Origin: Saccostrea echinata
Taxonomy: Eukaryota
Assembly (NCBI RefSeq): GCF_033153115.1
Contig: NW_026889751.1
Span: 16,430,001 to 16,494,000 of the forward strand
Length of the DNA stretch: 64,000 nucleotides
Reading direction: 5' to 3'
The position numbers and the translations under genes were made by a program. Of this stretch, positions 46,901 to 58,900 are shown piece after piece. The notes under the pieces were generated by a model that was not told the origin of the DNA, did not search any database, and was given only the letters and a program-made list of their open reading frames with translations. The first letter of the stretch is position 1. Each line of letters starts with the position of its first letter.

Positions 46901-49900
46901 TGAATTAAACATTAAGCACACTTTAGAATTGATCGTTTGTTCAATGGCAGTATGCTGATCAAATATACAGTGGTGTCACATGGCAAAATCTTTAGTAGAA
47001 TGCATATTCAAATCAATATATGAAACACTGTGAGACAGAAGGACACAAGTCAACATTGTGAAATGCCAAGTGTTACCTAATGATTAATGGAGATTCAATC
47101 TATTCTGTTTTAGGATGACGAGGAAACCGGGGACCCAGGTTCACCCCGGAGACAGGAAGAGGAGGGAGGGGAAGAAGAATCCGATGGAGAAGTGGAAAAA
47201 GAGATGTTTGAAGCTGAAGGTGAGATGTAGGGATATAGTATTTTGTAAAATGATTATCTATAAAAGGGAAGATGTACAGAGGTAATGTTTGTTAAAGGAA
47301 GCGGGATCTAATACAGTCATGTTTGTTAAGGGCTATGATCAAAACAGTGGTGCTGGATGAAAAACTAAATTTAAAGAGTCAAAAATTACGGGGGGGGGGT
47401 TGTTGTTGTAAAGAGCCCAAAAGGTTTATGCTGTCTGACATTGATAATTACACAAAAAAGTGCATATTAGACATGATTATGTTATTATTTGAAGTGTTTC
47501 TTTTTACAAATAAACAAAAGAAATATAAGATATTTGCTGTGTATGATTAGTACTGTCAAACTCAGTGGGACCTATGAAAAACAGAGAGATATCCAAGTAT
47601 TTGGGATATCAAGAGTAAATTACTTATTGAACAACAATTGGCTGGGACTTCCAAATCACTTCGACATATCCATGGTATTCAAGATGTCATTGTTCACGGT
47701 ACTTTAAAAGTTCAACTATACAAGGGCATTTCAAAAGTTCTGGCAACTGGTGTGCGGTAAATTAATGAGCGTCATTATCATAAATTAAATTATATTCAGT
47801 CTTGAAATCCACGTGGAAAATGCTGCCCTATAGTCCTCTTTCGGTATACGCTTCAGACACTGGAATACGGCACTTCCGACTGCATGACGACTTTCAAATC
47901 GCCGTCCTCGGAGGGCTTCTTTGATAATGGCATTCAACCAAAAATCGCATGGAGCTAGGTCAGGACTGTAGGGTGGATGTGGTTAAACGGCAATACCATT
48001 TTCCTTTAAATATTTGGTTATTACCTCTGATCTATGGGCAGGTGCATTGTCATGGAGGAGCTTTATTCCTCTAGTACTGGTTGTTGGTCGGGTCGTTTTA
48101 TAGTGCTCTACAACCTGAGACAAGACATTCTCTGCATAAAATTGACTAGTAACACTGCTGTGTTCTGGAACAGGAACTTGAGCAACAGGGCCTTTAGAAT
48201 CAAAAAATAAGGCGTACATTACTCTCCGGACAGACCGGTTTCTGTGTGCAATTTGAGGCCTTGTATCATTTTGACCGATCCAAACTTTATTATTGAGCTT
48301 AGTTTCCGGTTCAAAAAATATATCCATGTTTCATCACCAGTTACAATCTCATTTATTCGCCCTTGGTCATAATCTTCATAAATTGTTAGTAACTGTGAAG
48401 CCATTTCTACCCGGATGCGCTTTTGCTCTTCCGAGAGAAGATGCGACACCCATCTAGCACAGACTTTCCTAAGCTTTAAGTTTTCCTTTAAAATACAAAA
48501 AACTGCTGACGAATTAATTTTAGTTAAGTCTGCTATTTCCTCAGCTGTATATCTAGCATCATCAGCTATCGTATTTTGAACAGCGACGATTTCTTTTTCG
48601 CCGTATGCACAAACTGGACGCCCCGAACAGGGGTCATCTTCAATTGATTTTCTACCCTCTTTAAATTGAACTATCATATTGCTATTGCTCAATATGAAAG
48701 AGCATGCTCTCTATATACTACATCTAAATCGGCTTTTATTTCTGTTGCCGTAAAGCCAAGCAATGAGCGAATTTTGCAATACGCTCTTTGCTCAACAAAA
48801 AAATTGTTCTCCTTATCAGTTATTTTTACACCCAGTATACAGAGTATACCTAATTATGACGTCATTTTAGCAGACCTATACATCATTTTGAATGTAAAAT
48901 GACGTCACTACTAATGCATATTTGCCTAAGCTTTACAGTGGTATCAGAGTCATTTTAATCCGTAACCTAGTTAAAATTTTATATACCAGTTGCCAGAACT
49001 TTTGAAATGCCCCTCGTACTAATTTCTTGATAATCAATTTTGAATCAACCATTGACATCACCTTTATTTTTGAGGGGGATGGAAAAGAGGGATCTTGATG
49101 AAAACTATGTGAATTTAGCTAATGTTGTCAGACATTGAATTTTTTATCTCTGCACCCCTAATGGAACATTGAAGCAAGGGTAATACGTAGATTCGACTGT
49201 ACGTGTGCATAAATTAACATATTAACAAATTAACAATGACTTGGAATGCGGTGATTAGTGTAACCATGAATTAGTGTTACAGATGTCGGCACCGTACAGT
49301 GTATATATTTATGATTTATTAATGGTATTCATGAATTAGCGCATTGTTGTCTGCACCAAAGGTGCTAAAATATGAAGCCCACTTATTTAACTAAAAATTT
49401 TGTATATTATTGTGGAGTTAGAAGATAATAAGAAAGGAATGCAGGCTTAATAAGTTCAAGCTAAAATGTAAAAAATGAATCACATGAAGGAAAACATGAA
49501 AGAGAAATTGGAAATGCAGAAAAAAGGTCTGAATTACTTCAACATTTATATTTTTAAGTTTATAAGAAGATACTGCAGTTGAGCTAAAAGATAAGAGAAT
49601 AGGGGAAAGTCGTACATGTAATTGTTGAAATTTGGAACACTTTGAAACCAGAATTAATTATAAACATACATAAATCTTCTAGTGGTATTTAGTTCATTGG
49701 TCGTTAACTTACTAATTAGCATGTTCCTGGAAGCACAAAAAAAAAATAATACCAGTTGACTAATTAACAGCATTATTAAATCAAGAAACATGTAGCCTGG
49801 AAGAACTATTAAATTTAATACCAGCTAATTAAAAACATTAAATTAAGGAACATGTAACCTGGGAGCAACCGGAAATTTAATACCAGCTGTCTAATTAACA

Positions 49901-52900
49901 GCATTAAATCAACAAATATGCATGTAGACAAGTCTTGAAATGTCTCTCCTGAATTAAAAACTTGGTTAAAATGATCTGAAAGAACTGGTAGACCCCCCCC
50001 CCCCCCCCCAAAAAAAAAAAAAACAAAAACAAAAAAAAAAAAAAGAAAAGAAAAGAAAGTTGTATAATGGCATAGTTTTCACATAAGGTTTGATTAATTT
50101 GACTATATTTACTGATTCCAATTTCAATCAAATTCTTATTTTTATAAGAACTCTTGCACATTAATAATTTATTTTAGGAAATGTATTTTGGGTGTACAAA
50201 TCTCTTTGAAATAAGACAGAAGTCTTATAAGCTATTCCTATCTCTGTCTCTGTATTATACAAAAAAAATTGTTGATTAGGTTTACTCTGAAACACAGAGG
50301 CTTCATTCCTCGTGATAATACTTGGGGAAAAAACAATTTCTGATAGAAAATTAGACAGTGTTGACTGAATGAAATCGAACTTTAAAGAATATCGTAAAAA
50401 AAAATTGTACTGACTTCTCTGAAGAATTGACATAACAGATATTAAATCAAGAATAAACACTTTGAAAAGCTTCGGTTTGCTTACAAAGCATTCCTATTTT
50501 GAAATTCATTTAAAGAAAATGAAAAGTATGAATAAATTTTACATTTATTTTGAGATAGGAAGTCGTTTAGGTCTATATATGAATATGTTGTTCACTACCA
50601 AGAAACAAACCCTGATTTATGAATAATGTATATCAAATGTCTGTTTATCTTTATACAAAACATGCTAAAGTAATTAAGGTATAGGAATTGTTTAATGTGT
50701 TGATGCTACAAACTTGACTTGATATATGGCTAAAAAAAAACTTGAACAAATAATGAGACTACATTGTAGCTGGAAAGTTCCATATTATGAGTAGTTTTAA
50801 AAATAACAAATATACAAAGATATTCATATTTATATCACTTCTTTACTTGTCAATAAGTTCATTTTCAATCATTTAATTTTTTTTTTGTGGATGATGTTAT
50901 ATACTGCAGTCAGAAGGTTGAAGTAATGATTTTTATTTTGATGTCAAAAAAGTCTTAAGCAAAAATCAAAATTTAAAAATTCACATTGAAGAATAGTGGC
51001 TGTTCCTTCATTTACCTCGACAATTACAGTGTACATTATTTAAATATAAGCATAATATATCTAAAGAATATACATATAAAGAAGCGATATTTTATCAATA
51101 TACCATGAAATCAATAAGTGTAAATATAAGCATTGAATTGTAAATTTTGGATGTTGTTTTTTGCTGTGAAATCACTAATATTTGGGGATGTGTGTGTGTT
51201 AATTTCATTGTTTTCTTGATATGACAGGACCTGCACATTTATGTCCCGTATGAAATGATAAAATTTCATAATGGTATCATTTTCTTCTTCAACCACTAAT
51301 TACATGTAAATCAGATCCCTTTGAATGATTCTTTTTTCCTCAATCCACAAGAATTTGGCCCCTTTGGCCTTGAAAATAAGTGGTTTTACAGTAAATCTTG
51401 GTACATGTACCAGTAATGGTGATTAAAGTGGTAGATACCCCAACTTAAATATTAGAGCTATGGTATTTTATATATGTTCCTATTTTATTTTTAGGACAAA
51501 TGAATTTAAACATGTCCGAGTTGGAACAGGCACAGGAGATAAGTGGACATGAGGAGTACCTACGCAATATCTGGAAGACGTTAAATGTTGGGCGCGGTGG
51601 ATACATCACCGCTCAGGAGCTGGGCCAAGTCTGCGACCATATTGGCATGGAAATGAATAAAAATGTTAGCATTTTTTTTAAATGAAATTTTTAGCCCCTC
51701 TTGATATTGTTCAAACTTTCTTTTGTAGAAATTGAAAATTTTTGGAAAACTTGTTTCAGTTTTTTACTAAATAAGTGTTATTTCTTTTAAATTTGATAAA
51801 ATGTATATCTTTGAAGCTGTAACTATTAAATATTTATGCATTATTTTTTTGTCTGTATGCAGGAGCTGCAGCAGTTATTTGACCGTCTGGACCAAGACAG
51901 TGATGGACGCATCAGTTTTGAGGACTTTGTTGGGGGTGTCTTTCAGCATAATAATGGGGGCGCCACAAGTCAATCTCGGAGTCGTGTTGGCACACCACGC
52001 TCACTAACACCCAGAACTCACTCAGCCCAGAAAAAATTCCGACCCACAGCATCTGGTGCAGAAGAAAGGACAACTCCATCATTGATAAGTGGTAGTGGGT
52101 CATCTGGGCTCTTTACTGTGCTTGACACAGAACATACAGGGTACATGTTGTTTTTGTGAAAACTGATCTAATAAAATTTAAATTTTAATGATATTTATAT
52201 ATTCAATCAAACAGTTGACATAAATGGTATTATTGCTTATGGAATACTTTGCATAAAGATCTTATGCGCCTAATTCAAATTTCAGACCTTTCTTAGTACA
52301 GTCCCATAATGTATGTCTTTCCAGTCAAGCTGAAATTGCTTGTCTTGATTTAATTCCTTAAATTTATATAAGCTAAAAAGTTACATTATACATGTACCGG
52401 TATTACATGTATAGAATTGGACTAATGGCACTTTATTATAATGCTAAAATATTTATTTCTTTTGAAGTTCTGTCCTGTTATTTATGTAGGTTTGCAATGC
52501 CAGACAGCATAATTGATTTATGGGAAAAATACAGTATCACCGATGGTGCAGATATCCTTCTTGTAAGTAAAATGTATAAATAAACTGAGGGTCACTTCTC
52601 CCACAATGACTTGCTTCAGGTCATTCTTAGTAAACATTTAAGCTGTCTGTATGAACGTATGCTTTTATTTAGCTCTACTGGTCAAAGACTAGAAGAGTTT
52701 ATACATTGGTAAGGTGTCTGTTGACTGTCCATTTAGCTGTTTGGTGGTAAATATTTTATAACCCTCTTTTGACAGGCCCTTTTATGGAATGGTGTGTCTC
52801 ATCCATCCATTCCTCTGTCTGTCCATCTGTTAGCTTTGTATATATTTATCTTCACCCCCAAGATGTATCCCTGGTCCATCATCTGACAAGGTTTGAAGGA

Positions 52901-55900
52901 CATATGACCCGGCCAGACATGAACATACATAATTCCCTTTATGTATTCCAATGGTTACAAAAAAATAAAAAATTCTCTGAACTTCTGTCAAAATGTCACT
53001 CTTCCTTCAGCTTTGGTTAAATATGAGTAAATCTTTGTACACTAGTACACTCAGATCTTGGTTTCAGCGTTCGTGCTAACCATATATTGAGTGTGTGCCG
53101 TTCATGCTGCTTGACCAAGGGATAATAGCATGTATCAGGGTCTGCATCTGCACGATTCTCTATATTATTTTTTTATTACGATGAATGGTGTTGCCATGTA
53201 TATTAAAAATGGAAATGTCTGTGAAACTCCAGTAGTTTTGGTCCATTTTCAATAAAATGTGGTGAATGGGTAAACTACACAGAGATACACAATATATTTT
53301 ATCGCTTTTGATTTCCAGTGTTGCTGTGGTTACTAAAAATAGTATCATTACAGTAACTGGAATTCTTTTCTAAATGCTATACTCCAACAGTTTTAGTATG
53401 ATTTCAATACAAGTTGGTACACATGACTAGTACAATGTAGACTATAGGAAAGCTCATAATTCTCTATGTAAGATTTTGATGAATGGTGTTGCTACTAAAA
53501 CAAAGAATAAGCTCGATGAAAATCTTTTAAAATAATACTTGACTTCTACATTCAGTAAAACTGTACAAGTTTGGAAAACATCAAAACACACAATTCTATG
53601 AATGTAACTAAGTTTTGGAGTCAAGGTGGAACTTTTATCTATATACATACACTGTACAAACCAGTAGAGCTACAGTTTCATTAATGACTTCTAGTTGTTG
53701 TCTATTGTCAGCACATGATGACCTGAGTATAGCCAGGTGGACTTTTGATTTAAATGTTATGATTTTAAAATTTAGGAGATTTAAGTAGCATGAGTAAATT
53801 TTTTTTCTTTTGCATCAAATGTTATGTTGAGTCTAATGTGATCAGCTTTTGATTTTTTCTGTTAATTGTCATAACAGAAAAGTGAGTAGAATAGTTTGAA
53901 TGGCAATTCAAAAGCTACTCCACCCAATCAATTTACTGTGTATATACAATAGCTGTGTGAAAATCTTTAGCTGAGAATTAATGTTGATGTAAATACTTGG
54001 TAATGTCTTTTTTTAACAGGCCCTGGGCTTTGATTTAGTGATATCTTGTTTTTTAACAGGCCCTGGGCTTTGATTTAGTGACAAGAATCAGCCTCCTGGA
54101 TCTCTCCTATCTTCTAGAACAGGAAATGATGGCAGCTGATGAAGAGAATGCCATTTATCAGGCAGCCTTTGCTTCTTATCAGCAGGAGATTATACACATC
54201 AAGTAGGAATATTAATTAGTATTAATGATTCAATTAAAGTATCATAATTAAATGTTTACTGGTCCTTGTGATAGTTATCTGTAATCATAGTCTCATTAAA
54301 ATTGGATGGAACTAAAGCATATAATTCATTGATATCAATTTTGGACAAAGAGAGATAACTCTTGTTTCAGATCCTCATTAGAGCAGCAGATGTGGGCTAC
54401 TGACAAACTAAAGCAAGACCTCACAGAGGCCAACTCTCGTAATGCACTGCTGGCCAAGGAAGTGGACGAGAGACATCTCCAAATAGAGCAGTCCACCGAG
54501 AAAAAACTCAGGTAAGGAACGCTCAGAAATTATGTCCAATATCAATTTACGTAATATTTAAACAATACAATGTAATTTAAGATTAAGTGTTTTATATTAC
54601 TTGAAACATGTAGGAGAATTTTGATTCAAATCAAAGATACTTATTAGTAAGTACAGAGGGATTTAGGCTTAAGGGTAGAGAGTCTGCATTGTAGATGCCC
54701 AAAACTGAAGCTTGTTCATGGTACTATTTATGTCCATCCCCCCTCCCCAGCTCAAAAATTATATGTAACATCAAATCCTCATAGACATGCAAAGGTTTAG
54801 AAACTGTTTAATATTGGATTTAATAGAATTCAGTTTGCTGAGTTTTATGTATTATGTGTTTCTGTTAGCTATGTTAATTTTTTTTAGTTTCCTTTAATTT
54901 GTTCAATATGTAAATGGAGTAGAGACCATTACATCTAATTTTCATTGAAAGAATTTTTTTTGGTTTTCATGTACATTCAGTTGCACTGTAGTATATAGAT
55001 TTATACAAATATTTAGTTTGTGGGATATTGGTAAGACAAAATGGTATGAAAAAATGTTAGGTGTCCATTTTGCCATTTAAAATAACAATTGTGTATGAAT
55101 GAGGCTTCTTGTATTTGTCCTGTTCATCTTCAGGTCCTTTATTTGTCCATCTGCATTTTGAAGCACTTTTGAAAATAATTTTCATACCCAGGTAATTGAA
55201 GATTCAGGGGCACATAATTTTTGGTCTGTCTGTCCGCATAAACTTTAACGGTAGCCATAACTTTTGAAGCTTTGGTGGTAAGGCCTTTATATTTCATGTG
55301 TATTCCATGTGACCAGACCTTTCGTTAGGTACTAACAATTTAAACCTTATAACATTGATCTTGGAGTTTTACCTCCTTTTGAAAAACTTGATCGCAAATC
55401 TCGCTTGAAAGTATACTCTACGACCAAAATAGCGTTGCGTTGAGTGTTGACACTATTTGATTTGACAATTGAACAATTTGAATCAAAGGTTACATTCTGT
55501 AAAACATGCGTTTTAATTTGTTGATTAAGTGCCACCATCTCTCGTGTGATATCCTTTGTCTTTATATAGTGTCCAACAGCCATATAGCCATGTTTGATGG
55601 TCGAAAACTGATGCTGACTTTTTGAACAAAAAACAAGAGACAAATCATAAAATCATATTTCAGCATGTGATATTCGTTTCACAGACGGTACATGTATATT
55701 GTTCAACAGCACACTATTTTATCCTACATGCATTTCTGCCAATTTCTCTGCAATAAATTGACATTTTCCATTTTTGGTGTTCGTTAAATTGAATAGTCTG
55801 TGCGCACTAAAAATCTTTTTCTCTCTGTTTTAGACTCTAGTGATTGTAAACAAGTGAACTATTACATTGGGTAGGCAAACCCAAGGAAATTGAAAACTCA

Positions 55901-58900
55901 GGTATTATTGTAAAGCATACCCAGCTGATACTGGAGCACTTGTTACCAAATGTGTTATTGAAATATATATATGATTTATGTATTCATAGCTGGTAAAACA
56001 CAATGTGAAACGTCGGAATTATTTAAAAGTTTACTGTTTTATTTCCACAGCTGTCAAAAATACCAATTTCAAATGTGTGTGTGCTATTGCGTACCCATTT
56101 TAACGGCCATCATGGCAATAAACATGCAACATGTAAAATCGACATTCTTGTGTTTTTTCATTTGAATTTTTACTGTAACGGCGAATATTATTTATATATT
56201 CATTATAAAATAATAAAGATCATATATACATAGGCCTATATACTTGCATGTTAAAAAAAAAGAAACAATTTTCACAGAATTGTATGTTTAATTTTATCGA
56301 TGTAATGGGCTGGGGGAAAATCAGACGTATTTTTCAATCGCAGAAATATGCCCCGTGGTACATGTATCAAGTCACTTCCTGTCAATCCTTGCACAAATTT
56401 TATTTGCAAGACCATTTTACAGTTTACCAACACTCACAATCATTTAATCAGGTAATGCGTCGTCCCACTTTCACCAAAAGAAAACACTTAGCTCAGTAAG
56501 CACAACTTTTTTGACCTTTTTCTACCTTTCTTGGAAACATTCCACATTTGAGAATGTGGGCGGACCTATAAAAATTGCACCAATCAGATTCTTTGTTGGA
56601 TTTTGCAATTGTATATCAGTCAGATTCAATTGTATTTCAGTCAGATTCAACAGTGTCGTCACTCAACGCAACACTATTTCAGTCGTAGCGTATACTTTCA
56701 AGCAAGATTTGCGATAACCTTGGCCATAACTTCTGAACAGTTGGTGTTAGGCTTTCATATTTCACATGTGTATTCCTTTTGACAAGACCTTTCTTTGGTA
56801 CCAACATTTTGGATCTCATGACCCTGGATTTCGACCTACTTTTGAAAAACTTTAAGGTTGACCAGAAGCTGCCATATGGTGGCATCAGTGTTTCACAAAC
56901 AGGTCATCTTTTTTTCTTTAGAATTTATAAACAGATTCACCTTTATAAGACCATTTTAGCTAATTCAAAGTTTAGTGACCTTGAGCTTCCTTTGTAGACT
57001 TTTGTTACCTTAAGTAAACCTTCCTAGACTTTTGTTACCTAAGTAAACCTTCCTAGACTTTTGTTACCTTAAGGACATGGGCTTCACATTTCCTGATTTT
57101 GAATTAAACTTGAGGAATATCTGGAATATCATGGATTTCTTCCTACATTTCACACACTGACTTCTTGTTGGGAGCATGCATATAAGCTGTGTCAGAATTT
57201 TATGACCTCATATATGACTTAAGTTCATGCATTCAATTTGAAGGTCAATCTTTTATATAGATCTTATCAAAATTGAATTTTAACAATTAACAGTTAATCA
57301 AAATTATAACAATCTATATGAACATCTTTTCAAACTGTACATGACAAAATAACTTCACCAGTATAAAGAAGGCATTTACTTTGTTATTTTTCAGAATTTA
57401 CTGTAATTCTATTACCTGTTCTATTGACCATTTAATTCTCCATTTAAGGCTTGTGATACTATTCAGATTTGTTTTGTCGATCTCAGATTTACCTCAAAGT
57501 GGAATTTAAATCTGACATTATCTGCAATAATAACCAACTTCTTCACATCCATGCTTTTATGATGGGAGTTTGTTACAGTTATTAAGAGACTTGACAAAGC
57601 TGGTGCCAAAAGTAAACAATCTTAAGTGTGCCCCTGTGTCTTATGTTTGTGACTGTGTATAGATAAATCTACTTTTAGACAGTGCATGTAATTGTACTGT
57701 CAATATTTGCATTTATCACAAAATGGATAAGTTCATTCCCTGTCTCTCAGTATTCAGGAAAGTTATAGGGTAGTTCTGGATTAAATACTGTAAATTGTCT
57801 GTGTTGATGCTATGAGTTTGTCGTGTTGTCTGACAGCAGTACATTTATTCTGTGATGAAAACTGTTAAGGTAAGATTTTGGATAGCTGAAAACTGGACTA
57901 GATGAGAGAAATTTCAATTTTGATGCATGGTTGAATGTGCATTTTAGTATAAATTATTGGGAAATGACTGTTTCATTGATACTCCTGCAATATATCATCA
58001 TGAATCATAATTAGAATACATTATATCAAGAAATGTCAAGTAAATAACTTTTACTTTGAATATCTACATATATTTCTTGTTTGAATTAGTTCTATAGAGA
58101 AGAAGTATCAGGAACAACTAAGAGGCTTACAGACTGAGTTAGAACAGGAGAGGGCTCAGGTGAGCTCCCTGAAGAACGGTCTGGACTCAGAGAAGGAGAG
58201 GATTGAGGAGGAGGAGAAGTCACTGAGATTCAGGCTGATGTCTACTCAGAAGGTAAGGAAGAGAAGTCACTGAGACTCAGGCTGATGTCTACTCAGAAGT
58301 TAAGGCAGAGAAGTCCCTGATACTACTCAGACTGATGTCTATACAGAAGGTAAGGGAGAGAGGTCACTGATACTCAGACTGATGTCTATACAGAAGGTAA
58401 GGAAGAGAAGTCACTGAGACTCAGACTGATGTCAACTCAGAAGGTAAGGGAAAGAAGTCACTGAGACTCAGGCTGATGGCTGCTCAGAAGGTAAGGGAAG
58501 AGAAGTCACTGAGACTCAGGCTGTTGTCTACTCAGAAGGTAAGGGAGAGAGGTCACTGAGACTCAGGCTGATGGCTACTCAGAAGGTAAGGGAGAGAGGT
58601 CACTGAGACTCATGCTGATGGCTACTCAGAAAGGAAGGTAAGGGAAAGAAGTCACTGAGACTCAGGCTGATGGCTACTCAGAAGGTAAGGAAGAGAAGTC
58701 ACTGAGACTCAGGCTGATGGCTACTCAGAAGGTAAGGAGGAGAAGTCACTGAGACTCAGGCTGATGTATACTCAGAATGTAAGGAGGAGAAGTCACTGAG
58801 TCTCAGGCTGATGTCTACTCAGAAGGTAAGGGACAGAAGTCACTGAGACTCAGGCTGATGGCTACTCAGAAGGTAAGGGAAGAGAAGTCACTGAGACTTA

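Noticed and set aside
47983-48692. Functional SETMAR-like or active transposase gene
   Set aside because: No SET domain; the transposase has stops and frameshifts between its TIRs.
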